Made by a program: the position numbers and the translations under genes. The notes below the pieces were generated by a model. The model was not told where the DNA came from and made no database searches. It saw only the letters and a list, made by a program, of their open reading frames with translations. This document shows positions 1-13,084 of a stretch of DNA of 64,000 nt, piece after piece (position 1 is the stretch's first letter; each line of letters starts with the position of its first letter). Source of the stretch: Convolutriloba macropyga (Eukaryota). The DNA is taken from contig NC_134468.1 in assembly GCF_964194025.1 (NCBI RefSeq), positions 22,196,001-22,260,000 on the forward strand, read 5' to 3'.

Positions 1-621
1 ACAGTCGGGAAGTTATGTAAATATTAGCATTCAATTCACAGGTGTAATTCATTGACCCAAAAATGGTTTAGCTAGGAGTGATAGAAGTTATTTGAGAACA
101 ACAAAATTCAGTGTTAATATTTGTAACAAATGATGGCACGCACATAAAGCACAGCGCCCGGGGGGGGGGGGTCGCTAGCTTGAATGGGGTGAGCGGTTTC
201 GAGTTCTAAGCGGGGGTTGACTAAATGGCGGAGGGACAGGATGGGTCAGACGGGGGTATTGTCAAGCATAGGGGGTATTCTCAGAAAATTGTTTGAGAAC
301 TGCTAAATTGAAACAGAAAAAGGTCGTAATTTTCTCAATCTGACTTTCGATATTAAATAGAGCTGGACTTGCAATTTTGGGTCTTACTCATGAACAAAAA
401 AGCCTGCAATGAAACAAAAGATTGATATTAAACAAAATTTCACCTTCAAAAATAGCTACGATAACTTTCCGGACCTTTACCTTCAAAAGACCAAAAAATT
501 TATAGATACAATTAAAAAACAAGTCGATTTTCTTACCAATTGTTGTGACCTCGAATGAACTAGATAGAGATATACTCAATTGTCCAGAAATTCTCCAAAT
601 AAAGTATACAAAAATCAATAA

Positions 622-1029
622 GCTAGAGAACAAACCCTTGATCAGTTGAACAAAGACGGGTTTGATCACGCCTTAGACTACCTGGGCCAGCTAATATGGG
701 GTGACCTGCGCAAGCCATCCAAAATTTTTGAATATCAAATGATATTTGGATATGCATGTCTGTGGGCTTTGAAGTCTATTGTGACGTTGGACAAGGAAGA
801 TCTGAAAAGAGCCAGGGATTATGCGGACCAGTCTAAAACTACGGCCCAGAAGTCAATAACAAAAGGACCAAAACTGGTCGGCTATGCCCGCTTTCAAGAC
901 TACACTCAAGTTGACCTTCACGCCTATTTAGTCTACTTAGAATCACTCACGCTAATTAAATTTGACAACTTCATCGAAAGTGTTTTAAAACAAAACAAAG
1001 AATTTGATTATTTCAATAAATATTGCTGA
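622..1029 (+). pseudogene. TTC39/Iml2-like N-terminal fragment (probable pseudogene or isolated exon)
   Basis: LDQLNKDGFDHALDYL...FGYACLWALKSIVTLDKEDL...YTQVDLHAYLVYLESL resembles the TTC39 N-terminal pattern (LDLFLxNxFxEAL...MTFDxxDI...TEEEIHAEVCYAECL) as recalled. In-frame TAA at 619-621, no ATG at the ORF start, no strong donor seen. Confidence 0.4.
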
Positions 1030-1274
1030 TTATTCTTAAAGCATGTAAACTTTAACCTTTCGGTTATATTATTAATTTACATGTTTGAGAAAAAAAAAGA
1101 AAAGGTTAATTTCACAGCGTGTTAAAGTCACGTGTAAAAAGAAAACTGTACACGCGAATGAACAAAAAAACTAGCCCTAAAAAGTGTGAAATGACGTCAC
1201 GGACGCAATTCTTTCGAGAAACTCCATGATAAAATGCACAAAAAGCAAAATTAAAGTGTGCGTGGGATTGGGAC

Positions 1275-1510
1275 AACACGGTTGTAATCGCTCTCTCCAA
1301 ATTATTCAGTAAATAGCTCTTCGGTTCGCTTCGGAGTTTAATATCTTTCAACAAAAAGCGAGCTGAGCAGCATTGGTAGAGAGGAATTGGGACAACTTCT
1401 GGAAAAAGTCTTCCAGTTAGAAAGAGAATGAGTATACTAACTTCTATACCGTGAATTCCCTCTCCCGTCAATTTGCAAATGCATGACTTTGGAGGAATAT
1501 CAGAGTTATC
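1275..1510 (+). repeat. Dispersed ~230-bp repeat, copy 1 (copy 2 at ~3150-3369)
   Basis: acacggttgt...ctcttcggttcgcttcgg...cgtgaattccctctcccgtcaa...ggaggaatatcagagtta is present at both loci. Confidence 0.85.
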
Positions 1511-2391
1511 ACAGGTGGTAACAAAAATTTTGACAAATTAAAAAAACTCAGTACAACAGGTCCTCAAATACAACCCAAAAAATACAGAACTCTGTACTAG
1601 TCCATTGAAGATCGGTCTTCCACAGTCAACAAAGTTTTAACTCACATTAAAACAAACAAAACCAATTTTTGTTATTTAGAACTCTGATGGTGTACAAGCA
1701 ATCAAACCAAAACAGCAAGCTAAATAATCTTTAAAACGAAGGCAATGTTTGAACAACAATTAAAACAGAATGCTACAAAGCAGGCAAGATTCAAAAGTTA
1801 AATAATTTTATAAAAACAAAGGTAGTCAAAAACTATGATCTAAAACCAGTAAGAATATCAACTTCTTCTTCGAAAGAAATCCAATAAGACTTGTCATTAA
1901 TTTAGCGACAAGACACCAAAAACACCAGGGTGATCCTTTCGACTTTAACTGATATCAACAAATTTTAAACAGAAAGCCTGATTGCTGTTAAAAAAGACAT
2001 CACCCGAACACAATTCAAATCTTTTGGATGATAAAAACCCTCGAGGAGTCCGATAATACCTCCTTTCAGCTGTCGCCATGGCACCTATCAATAATTGTTT
2101 CAAACTTCGCTTGAGAGGAACTAAGCAGACATTAGCTCACATTTCATCAGAGCAATGAGAAGAATTCACTAAATATATTTCTCCTGTATATTATTTACCA
2201 ATTATTCACATTTATTCATCCACAGCGTAAGCCTTGAAGTCCTTATGAACATGCTACGCGCATCATCATAAATCAGTCATCAGATTGCTATAAATACCAA
2301 CAAACAGGGGTGGCAGTTTTAGATAGAAAACACGATTGACTAAAGAATTAATTTATTAAAAAGGAATCAACTCTTATTGCGATAGCAGCAA

Positions 2392-2968
2392 TTTTTACGA
2401 CTCGAAGAGGGTTACTGAGATTCTGCAGTTTTTTTAGCTGACGCAAGTTTGTTCATGACTTGTACTTTTGACTTTTGTTTTCGGGTATTGACTTCTGTTT
2501 TAGAACGTTGACTTCTGTTTTCGAACATTGGACTTTAACAGTATCCTAGTTACTAATACATAGTGATTAGGAACTGCCGGTAATGTTCAAGGTCAAAACG
2601 GCATTTGACAATTTTCTTCCCATAACAGTCCCTCCTCCCTATCCAAACTACAGAAAACTCAACCCCTCCTCGCCTACACCCCCCCCCCCCCCACCCATCC
2701 CACCACCTACCACCCAAACCTAGCTAATCCCCACCTACCTATCCCAAAACCTCCCTTTCACTTCACTTACCTACCCCAGGCCCGACACCGAACCATGAAC
2801 TAAAAATTCAGTTATCAGTTTTTTTAAAAACATTTCCAACAGTTTGGTTAGGCAGTTAGATTTGTTGAGATTTCTTTCTTTTATATATTTCTTATTTAGT
2901 TGATAAGTTTAGAGATTTTATTGAACGACTCTTCGAGTGGTTTCCAGTATTCTACTGCCTATGTTTTT
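2392..2968 (+). mobile_element. HINE/DINE-1-like non-autonomous element, family C, free-standing copy
   Basis: 5' TTTTTACGACTCGAAG; 3' CTTCGAGTGGTTTCCAGTATTCTACTGCCTATGTTTTT (decayed subTIR + hairpin + CTATGTTT). Internal ~20-bp tandem repeats (~2460-2535) and a C-rich tract. Confidence 0.7.
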
Positions 2969-3149
2969 AACTCACCGGTGAACCAAATTAACATGACGAA
3001 ATCTGTTTCTCTATTAGACTACAGTTTTATCAAACGCTTTTACCTGTACTGTTACTTGATAAAGAATGGCGATAAAGAGTGTGATAAACTCGGAGTCTAA
3101 TCACGGCAACAGTGGTTTAAGTTATGCAATTTTACCACTCGATACATTA

Positions 3150-3369
3150 ACACACGGTTGTTATCGCCCTCTCAAAGTTATTCAGTAAATATCTCTTCGG
3201 TTCGCTTCGGTGTTTAATATCTTTGAACAAAAAACGAGCTGAGCAAAATGGGATTGGGACAACTTCCGAAAAAAATCTTCCGGTTAGAAAGAGTAAACTA
3301 ACTTATATACCGTGAATTCCCTCTCCCGTCAACTTGCAAAAGCATGAGTTTGGAGGAATATCAGAGTTA
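3150..3369 (+). repeat. Dispersed ~220-bp repeat, copy 2 (copy 1 at ~1275-1510)
   Basis: Direct sequence similarity to 1275-1510. Confidence 0.85.
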
Positions 3370-3383
3370 CAGTTGATAGAAAG

Positions 3384-3388
3384 ATGAG
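3384..3388 (+). CDS. Candidate first coding micro-exon (ATG AG|gtaaaa) of predicted 76-aa protein
   Basis: ATG followed by a phase-2 GT donor, phase-compatible with the exon at 7181. Confidence 0.3.
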
Positions 3389-3616
3389 GTAAAATTTCAA
3401 TCATAATGACTCCTGAGTAAGCTCATTAACAACTTCCTATTAAAATACACTATATAACAATTCAAGTTAAATTATTTTAATAAATTCAATACTCAAAAAT
3501 ATCACGTGCCCGCAATATTAGCTTTAATATGTAGTTTTTATCATCAGAAACATCTGTCGTACAGCAATTAACTGAATTTAAGATGAAATTGAGTTGAAAT
3601 TAAGTCAATAAGTTGT

Positions 3617-3750
3617 TCATTGAGGAGGTGCATCTGGCTGTAACATTGGATGATTAGACTTGATGCACTCAACTTGCAACAGAGTCTCGTTCAGTCTGAC
3701 AATAGTTGGGAACAGACTCATGTCCACTCCAAATCGATGCGCATTGCCCA
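3617..3750 (-). CDS. GSTZ1: Glutathione S-transferase zeta / maleylacetoacetate isomerase, exon 2
   Basis: Acceptor ctaatggtttgtttcag; encodes (V)GNAHRFGVDMSLFPTIVRLNETLLQVECIKSNHPMLQPDAPPQ*, the typical GSTZ C-terminus (HPxxQPD). Phase 1 matches the exon 1 donor. Confidence 0.93.
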
Positions 3751-4905
3751 CTGAAACAAACCATTAGGCTACAGAAGAACTGTACTACAAATATTAAGAC
3801 ATCGCATATTACAGAGCTGATATCATTATTGTTTCAGGCATCCCAAATTTATTTGGTGGTTAGAAGCTTAATAGTCGCCTGGAGTTTTTTGTGTGAGTGA
3901 ATTTTTGGCCAATCGATACTTTCTGTGAAGATTGACAAAAGTGGTAATATTAAAGCCCTTAAACTAAATGTTTTCTTAAAAGGGACTTTGTATAATCACG
4001 TTTCCAAAAAAAAAGATAATTGCACGAGAATTCAGGATGTATTGGTTTTCTGATCATTGCGTTGTCATGATAAATTGATAGACTTGACTAATAGCCATTG
4101 GATGAGACGACTGAGCCAAAAAACAGCAAACGGAGTTGCTATTTACAGAATAGCAAACAAGACCGAACTATATAAAGTTTTTATATAAATAACAGCATCA
4201 GCAAAAATTTTTATTGAGAATAATTTTTGGGTTCCCGAAACGAAAAGAAGTAAGACCTTGCGGATCGGAAAACAATGAACACTAATGAAAAAACAGAAGC
4301 CTACTCAACAGAGAAAAATAACGGGATCGCTTGATAATGAGAGGCGGATTAATACTATAACCTCTACAGAAAAGTCCGAAATCAGAAAAAAAAACGCATA
4401 TCCATTCGAATTAAAATGCTTATAACTAAATCGCAAAATTTGACATGAACATAATTTAAAATGCAAGGGACTGTGAGAACAATCATCTTAATGAAATGCT
4501 ACATTCAATTCTGCATTTTTTAGAAACATATTCTGGAAGACTTCCTTAACATAAACAAAGAAAACATTTTCTTTTCATAGTTCTTCGATTTTCTTTATAA
4601 TTTTCCAAAAATAACATCTCGCTTTTGTAGTGACCAATTGCATAAGTTGTATGGAATTGGGCTTCTAGATAAAGCATTTCCTGTTTTCATGGGATTGATT
4701 TGGCGGCCAGTTTTTATGTGAGAAGTTCCACCAAAACTCATTTCAAGCACGTATCAAAGTAGCCATTGACTTTAAACAGCTTTGAAACGGTGCCCAAGCA
4801 GGCAAAATGCCTCCTAGCATCCGTTCGGTACTGCGCCTAAGCGAATAATAAATTATAAACATTTGTTGTTATTATAACCGTAATGAAAACCAATTTATTA
4901 TTTTT

Positions 4906-7024
4906 ATTGTTCCGACCCCACTTGTGGGGGGGAGAAACTATATGTTCAAATGGGTTTTTTTTTGTTCCGTGAATTTTGGCCGACCGATATATTCATCGTA
5001 GAGAAATGTGCGTGGTATCATTAAAAAGCTCGTCCAGCGTAGAATTCAAAATTAAAAAGATTTTTTTTAATTTTGTTTTTTTCGAGGAGTTATCGAGGTT
5101 TAAATTTTCATGTGAACACTGGATATATGGTTCACTTTTGTTCACTTTTACCGTAATTTTCGTTCGAATTAACATTTTTTCTACGAAAAATTTAATTAAA
5201 AACTAGATTTCACGCCAAAAAGTAAATCAATTTTAGGTTTTTAATAGACGAAAGGAGATAATAAAGACTAGTTCTAGTCTTAGAGGGAAGTTTAATATAT
5301 AAAAAAAATTCGAATTAGGTTTGGGAGCTCTTTTTTTTAGAAAATTTTGCAATTTTTTTCATTTTTTCAAGTCACCTAGAGACTACTAGACACTTTTAAT
5401 ATCGAAGTTCTGTTCCGTTAATGACAAACCTCTTTTACGATCAAATGAAGCCCAACGAACCAAAAATTGTTTCGAAGGGATCGCTCATGTTTTTTTTTGG
5501 ACTCGTATCTCAAATTTCTTAATTTCAAATGAAATTTTGATTTATTTTTTGAGGTTTTACTAAAGTTTTATAATCCTATGGCATAAAATTGTTGACTAGA
5601 GGTGCAATAGATTTGCTAATGAGCATTAAGTGAACCTATCTAGTGCTGTGAGTGGACAGCTAATGGCTGTTAGACTTTGAAAATAAATTTTCGAAAATTT
5701 TTAAAATTAGCAAATCATAAACTTATTTTTGTGAACTGTAAGCTCGTCTCAGTAAAAACAGGATTGAAATCCTTCATACCACTGCAACATAAGTTAATCT
5801 CATTGGCGGCTTTATCAATTAACTATTGGTTATACGTCTTCAATGCCACAAGATTTCAAATTTTTTAAAAAAATTTTTGGACATTTCGTTTTATTGGTTC
5901 ATTTTGAAATCTTATCACGTCATCCTAATATTGATGTCTACATCTTCCTTTAGTGAAGGCGTCCAAAGGATCATAGATAAAACTTTCTGAGAAAAAAATA
6001 TGGTTTAAATGGCTTCAACACTTTCTTCTCCCATTTTTCTAAAGAAATTTTGGTTTTTGCCTGTATTTGTTGTTTTTTTTTCATAGTCATAAGACATATT
6101 GTGATGTCTAATTGATTACCTAGGCATCATAAACATCCTTGTATTCACATTGTGGCATAGCTGAGCGTATTCATTGAATTCCTATGAAAGCTTTTGAGTT
6201 TAATGGCTGTTAAGACTTTGAACATAAATTTTTTTTTGAACATAAATCAATCTTAAGCTTATTTTCGTGGATTGTAAGACAGTCTCGGTAATTACAGAAC
6301 CGCTTTTTTTCTACATCAGCAACAATTTATCTAGTTAGCGGTTTTGTCTTCAAACTATTGGTTTTTTTGACTTCGGTGCACAAGTTTTCATAATTTTTAT
6401 AATTTTTGGATTTTTTTTTAGTAATTTTGGTTCCTTTTGAAATCGTATTACATTATCCTAATATTAATAGCTCCCATTGGCTTAGTGAAGACGTTCAATG
6501 GATAATTGAAAAAGTTTTCGGAGAAAAAAGCTTATGGTTTAAATAGCTTCGACACTTTCTTCTCTCAATTTTCTACCGAACTTTTGGATTTTGCCTGTTT
6601 TTGTTGTTGTTTTCATAGTCAATGACTTGTTGTAATGTCTTATTGATAAATTTTGAATGACACACATCCTAGTCGTCACATCATCTAGGCATAATTTAGC
6701 GTATTAAATGCCTTCCGTTGAAAGCTGTAGAATTTTTTGACTTCGATACTATGGGTTTTCTCAAAAATTTCGTGGTTTTGATGTATTTTTCTTTGCCATA
6801 CGACTTATTGTGATGAGTTATTGATGTCACATGAATGAAACCTATGATTGCTATTTCATCGAGGCAGAATTTAGTGTGTTTAATTAACTTAAAATGTAGC
6901 ATTTTTTTAAAATTCAAACATCTATTTTTGTTATCTCTTCATTTGGTTGACAATTAAGTCAAAAATGTAGATGAGCTCGGGTCGGAACATCATGTGCGAA
7001 CGCACATTAACGAGCCGCCTTGTT
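4906..7024 (+). mobile_element. HINE/DINE-1-like element, family A, full length (in GSTZ1 intron)
   Basis: subTIR TGTTCCGACCC (4908-4918) and GGGTCGGAACA (6979-6989); 5' stem-loop CCCCAC-TT-GTGGGG; 3' hairpin ATGTGCG-AA-CGCACAT (6992-7007); ends CTTGTT; non-coding. Confidence 0.85.
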
Positions 7025-7180
7025 ATTTTATGTTATACAACGTCCTGTTTTCAAAACTTTCAGTGACTAGTGATCAGTATCAACTATCAGTATTCAGTCT
7101 CATCAGCGTCTCCTCAATTTTTATTTCAAAGATAAGCAAAACCATTTTTATCAAAACTTAATCAAAGTTTTTTATTACAG

Positions 7181-7213
7181 CTTCTCCGTTGCTACAGTCG
7201 CTAAAACATGGAG
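7181..7213 (+). CDS. Micro-exon 2 of predicted 76-aa protein (FSVATVAKTW)
   Basis: Acceptor cttaat...ttttttattacag, donor AG|gttggt, 33 nt, phase 2/2. Confidence 0.45.
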
Positions 7214-8132
7214 GTTGGTAGAACAAAAGGAGAGACCACAAAATTTACCTTCAAATCATCAAAATCCACATCTTCAGCTGTTTTGATGATAACTTCAGCA
7301 CTAGTAGAGACTAAGAGCAGATAACAGGCACTAAATGCCCTCGAGCTTTGCGGACATAAGTCAAAAGCATAATGCTAAAGTTGAATAATGTTAGCCTTAA
7401 AGCTATTTTTCAAAAATACTATTGCATTCTCCTGAATTATTTTAAAACTAAGCTTTCAACGAGCTAGAAAACACTTGATTTTAATCTGATTCCATTACAG
7501 ATATATTTAAATTTTCTGCATATTTTTCTGTAAAATTAGGACAAAAAACATTTACTTAACAGTTATACAAAATTCAGCTTTGAGTTTAAATGAAAATCTG
7601 GTTCTTCTGAGCAATCAAATCTGGTTTCTTCTTTCTCAATTAAAAACAAAATCCGACATTATTTTCTTCATCAACTTGAAAGAAAACTGATTGCAGCGAG
7701 AAGGTTGTTCACCTAACAAAGAAAGCACCATGCAGCTTATGGTGAACTTGAAACTTTTATACTCTTCTCGAATAGGCGTTAACCTGACGTCTCTGAAAAA
7801 GTTATAACTATTTTAACTGTTCAACTGAGAATTGAGGCTCCAATTTTGTTATAAAAAGAAAAACTGCCTTGAACCACACATGTCCAGACATAGTTCTCGA
7901 TGCATTTAAATGTATCACATCTCTTAAGAAACCAACTTAAGAAGCCAACTTAAAAATAGGAGACTGCGTGTTTCAGCCTCGCAAAAGCACACTGATGAAC
8001 TAAGAAACCTTAATTTTACCTTCTATTAAAAAAGATGCCGCATTTATCTCTCCCAAATAACGTATACCATTGTAAAGTAGTACAAATCTCAATTACAGAT
8101 GGTCATATTCAACGTGGGGGTGGCGCAATTTT

Positions 8133-8473
8133 AAAACATAACCAACTAACGTCGGGCGTTGTTGGTTGGGGTGTGTGACAGGGGGGACGTGAGTGAGTGA
8201 GTGAGGGGGGTCAAACTTTTAGTATCAAGAACATTCACACAATGAAGTTGTCTCCTGAAAATAGTCCGGGCTTTACCTGTTTATCCCGCTTTCGGGGGCG
8301 AAAAGCGGCAGACAAAAAATCGGTCAAGCAAAAAATCTCATGAAAAAAGAGCACATGACTAAAACTTGTTTGAGAGCATTTAAACACGCAGTAAGGATCT
8401 GCATCCTGTTTCCTGTGACGCCTGCTTTGAAAAAAATGTGCAAAAATGAAAGATATCAAAGGAAGAGCTTGAA
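8133..8473 (-). mobile_element. HINE-like element, family E (degenerate)
   Basis: On +: AAAACATAACCAACTAACGTCGG terminus, G-rich tract, and the ggctttacctgtttatcccg core shared with ~17945, ~23640, ~34300 and ~50845. Confidence 0.6.
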
Positions 8474-8476
8474 TAC

Positions 8477-9020
8477 CTTGAGGCACTAAGAAGAAATCTG
8501 CCATAGTGATGCTATCCCCTACGCAATATTTGCCACTGTGTTCAACCAGCATCTTTTCAAGAGCCATGAAGCCGTCGGTAACTACAGATTTCGGCCAATC
8601 CTTCTTTATGAACGCTTTCTTCTCTTCATCTCCATCAGCGTACTTATCGGCTATTTTCATGGACACAAACGCGTTCTGAAGAGGTTGAATTAAGCCACCA
8701 ATATGCGCACAAAGCCGTCTCACAATCTGACGTTGGTATGGATCCGTGGGCATTGCTGGATTCCGATCAGGGTACATTTCTTCCAAAAACTCCATAATGG
8801 TGCCTGATTCGGCCATTGCATGTCCATTGAAGACCAATGCTGGAAGCTGACCTCCAGGGTTGATCTTGAGGAATTCCGGTTCTTTGTGCTCCAATTTGAG
8901 CAAATTGATTGGCCTGTACTCAAATTCGATTCCTTTGAAGGTCAACAAGGAACGTACCCTCCATGCACAACTGCTGCGGAAGTAAGAGTACAGGATAACT
9001 TTAGGCATATCTGAATCCAT
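8477..9020 (-). CDS. GSTZ1: Glutathione S-transferase zeta, exon 1 (start at ATG 9020 or 9008)
   Basis: YSYFRSSCAWRVR active-site motif, INPxGQLPAL, IQPLQN, GKYCVGDSITMADFFLVPQ; donor CAAG|gtattc at 8476. Confidence 0.95.
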
Positions 9021-9250
9021 GTCAGTTTTTAGGTTCAATTAGTTATAAAGCACTAACTATTCCAAACTTCAGAGAACTTAGCTCAAAAGAAATTACAATA
9101 ACTTTGTTTGTTCTGAGATAATGATAATCAATAAACAACACCCCTCCTTACACTCAGAGCAAGTTCAAATGTTCAAAAGGCGGGTTTTCTGAAGTCTTCA
9201 GAGCACACTAGATAATGTAAGACTGCTTCGCTAGAACTAAGGTCTTGTAG

Positions 9251-9299
9251 GCATCAACAGCAGATTGCAAAGCTTACTTTCGAACCTACAAGGTGCAAG
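9251..9299 (+). CDS. Micro-exon 3 of predicted 76-aa protein (HQQQIAKLTFEPTRCK)
   Basis: Acceptor gtcttgtag, donor AAG|gtaaat, 49 nt, phase 2/0. Confidence 0.45.
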
Positions 9300-11833
9300 G
9301 TAAATACACCAGTGTTAAATGTTGCTAAGTGATTAAATGTAAATATAAACTATGCAAAGGTGACCTGATCGAACAAATACCCAATGCTATCTGACCTTAG
9401 CGATTACTCCCTTATAAAATCAGATATCAACTGAGGTTATTTTAAAAACTGAAATGAACTGAAAGCAAGATGAAATCAACTTAATCCTAGCCCTTTCTGG
9501 GGGCTACACATACTATGGAGTTGAGAACGCCTAGCCCCATTTCGGGTTGTTCTCCATTATCTCTTCATTCCACTAGTCGAAGCTTTGTCTATTCAACTTA
9601 TGATCTGATCCTGATGAACGTGATAAAAATACGCACAGACATTAGCAGTAACAACAAAGACTTTAGCAATTTAACTACGCTTTCAGTTACCTCTATTTTT
9701 AGATGCACGAACCTCGATAAAATAGCATCGACTTTGTATCTCATTGTTTTGATATTGCGCCAACTCAAATCTTATGGGACAATTCTTTTGTGCGGATCAC
9801 GCCAACAAAAAAAAGCGTACCACGCAAATTAACAGTTCATCTTATCAGGGCAGAAAGTTTTTGCAAACTTCAACTTAATTTCTATCAACATTAGGCTGAC
9901 AGTAAATGTCGTGCAAACCGATTAACCTAAGGCATTAGTACTTTTTGCTTCCTTTTTGAGTGTTATTACTAATTGAAATGAAACAAGTCATGCATTTTGC
10001 CAAAAATTTTATCAACATTTCCCTTCGTTAACAAAATGCAATAAAAACTAAAGACAAAAATCACTAGCTTGCTTATGTTCCACTATTCTTGTGCTTTATA
10101 TTAATTTGAGAAATGTATCTTGAGAAGCTTATCTGACACTATTTATATTGAAAATATCAAACTGGCATGCAAACATTCTTCTTTTTTGAGCGAGTAACAA
10201 TTTTATAAGGATGCAAAGGACTAATTCATCCATCGGCAACAATCTCACAATATAATGAACAAAGACAGAAACACAAACCAATGCACAAAAAAAACAAAAT
10301 TAATAGAAGTAAAAAAGCAATAATTTTATCAACGATAAAATTGAAAAAAAACTACCTAAATAAAAATTTATAACACCGCATTTTCCCCCAATTAGTCCTT
10401 ATAAGAGTTATAACTAAATATTTTGCTAACTTCTAAGTCTGTAAAAATCAAATAAAACTATGCCTCCAGAGGCCACATCGAAAATTCCACCACAGTAAAA
10501 TCATTACAACATACAGTCATAATTTTCACTCATAAATCCCTTAATCACAGTAATATCACCAAAGCAAGGAAAATTATGTCAACGAGGAATAAAAATGTTA
10601 AATTGATCGTGTAACAAGTCTCATCGCCACTGAATTCCCTCTAGCATTTGAGAAATTTACACTTGAAGCTCAAAGTTAGATCTTAGTCTTCAGAAAACTT
10701 TCTTACCTGATGTTGAAGTAATATTAAATAATGGCTTCTAAAATAACCCAAATTCGTGACCTGAAAAAAATCGCGGATAAAGTAATCCTCAATTGCAAAA
10801 GTGCGATACGAAAGAGTCCCAAAAATTAGTCGAAACAGTCCCAAACATTTAATAGATACTGACTCAAAGAATTCATTAACAAAAGTTAGTCTCCCAATTA
10901 AGCTTATCAAATTCAATGTATCAAAGTATTAAAAACGGACGGAAAACTTGTTTTTGAACAAAATGACAGATTTTATTTTAACTGATGAGCATATAAAAGT
11001 CCCTCGCGACGTTTGCCGTCATGCTATCATCGCAAACTGTTTTCATGGTAATCAGGCAAACAACCAAAAATCACAATTGCTCACTTTTGAAGGCTATGGC
11101 CTTATGAGGTTGCACCTCACTGCCAACTTACCGATGCCACATCTTCTGGGAGCTGTTGTATTACAACATGCAATGACAGAGTTCGACTACGCAACAAAAT
11201 CTAGATTATACCTCTTTCCTAGTTTTGTTTTTTTGCCGACTTTAAAGCATTCTTTCAAGATTTCAAGCTACATTTTCTATTTCATGTATCTGAGTATCTC
11301 ATTGACCTAGATTGTTTTGTCTGGGACTAATTTGCAGTTTAGGGCTACTCTATGTGGGACTGCGTTGTCCTCGTTAAAAATTGTCAAACCAGAAATTACT
11401 GTTATAAACAAACCAGAAGTTTGTGCGATAAATTTGAGCTTCCCATCATTACTGATGATCATAAACCAGATTAGGAGAATAATGTGTTAGGTGCAAAGAT
11501 ACTCACTAGTACTTGCTTGCCCTTAAATAGCAACGGAAAAACTTGTTCCTACCGAAGATGTAAATTACCCCATATCAGTTGATCTATATCTAAACGGATC
11601 TGTAAATTTCCACACTGATACGAACTAGAAATACTTAAATTATGTGCAGTTAGCTATTTTGAGTTCAATTAATAAACCTTTACCTGCTCAAGAACAACAC
11701 TATCTCCTACAAATGAAACTTCGGACAAACTGCACAATCCTCATAGTCGACAATCAAAAACTTCTATTCAATTTTGAAGAATAATTTAAAATCCATTTTA
11801 TGTACCGAGCCCAGCTTGCTCTTTCTTTTCCAG

Positions 11834-11977
11834 TTTCGGCTAAAAGAGAAGCCAAGTGTGATGACGTCAATGATGCAGGCTGAGATGAATGCACCTCCAC
11901 CAGGCTCCAACCAGGGCAAGAGAAAGAGCAAACCATTCTACCAGCAATTATTATCAAAGACATTCTTCTGCTGCTAG
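11834..11977 (+). CDS. Terminal exon of predicted small protein ending KRKSKPFYQQLLSKTFFCC*
   Basis: Strong acceptor ttgctctttcttttccag, locally GC-richer, phase 0, stop at 11975-11977. Confidence 0.55.
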   Translation, partial: FRLKEKPSVMTSMMQAEMNAPPPGSNQGKRKSKPFYQQLLSKTFFCC

Positions 11978-12154
11978 CTAGTTTCGCAATGCAAGATATT
12001 TAAATCCTTTCCAGCCTATACAACCTGCATACAAAAAATCATCTTGTGTATATTAGCTTTTATTAGTTTTAAAACAATTTTTCTACAAATAAACTTTCTC
12101 GGAAGACAATGCCCAGCTCTATTTTCATTCAATTACGAATCGTTCAGAGTGTTT

Positions 12155-12555
12155 GTTGTTCCGACCTCACTTTAGTAGGGGAAGGAACATTTAAATCAAT
12201 GGATCGTTGTGTTCAGCCTGTTTCAACTAATTCTGTCGATTTTAAAATAAAATTTATCCCACTTAAACTGCGCAAAAGGTAACTAATAATCATACATTGC
12301 AAATTTATTCAACTGGCCTCACTCTTTCTGTTGGTTACTGAATGATAATTTGTTTATAAATTTTACTTATGTTGGCTGCATTTCGGCTGAAATTGAGCAA
12401 AAAAATTGCCTAATCCCCCAATTCAAGAAACAGGGAAAATTTTGTTTGTTATTGGTATTCGAATTTTTGTAAAAAGCGGGTCAGAGGTTGCATCAAACTG
12501 CCTCTTTTTCGTGCAGTTAACTTCAGTTAAAGTTTTGCGAACGCATATGCCTCCG
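12155..12555 (+). mobile_element. Family A element, short degenerate copy
   Basis: 5' TGTTCCGACCTCACTTTAGTAGGGGAAGGAAC; remnants gcgggtcaga and tgcgaacgca...gcctcc at the 3' end. Confidence 0.55.
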
Positions 12556-13084
12556 AAGTTTTGAACTATTTTATAACTAATATTTTTAGAATCAGCACGT
12601 AATTATTAATACTAATGCAAACCCAGCAGGCTTGCAAAACCTTTTCATGATGCCAACAGAGCAAAACAGACAAAAGTTTGAAAAATTTTGCCACAATACT
12701 TAAAACTAACTTGAAATTTCAATAACATTTTAATATCATCGACACCAATCACTGCAAACAAAAACTGAATGAATGTGCAAATTCAGTCAAAAATTTTTCT
12801 CGTTTCCTTAAAATCAAGCTTACATGGAAAAAACAAAATATTCGAACAATGTAATTGCTGAATGGTAATTGTGGTTTCACAGATGGTGTCAACAAACTAT
12901 GGGAATATTTTCATTGTTCCCCATATTTGCTTCTTTTGCTTATAACCTCCCAAGTTATAAACGAACTAATTAGAAGCCAAGAGCAATGCTACTACTAAAT
13001 GGAACAAAATAATCAAATACCAAATCAACCAGTCTCTCCTAAAATAAATTTAAAAAATCCAAAGAGGAAATTATGATACGTGTT

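Noticed and set aside
8235-8476. Long C-terminal tail of the 267-aa GSTZ ORF
   Set aside because: It is read-through into the intron and TE; the true C-terminus is the exon at 3617-3750.
9840-10260. Possible LINE endonuclease remnant (similar hints at ~1900-2150 and ~49850-50500)
   Set aside because: Only scattered short motifs, too decayed to support by eye.
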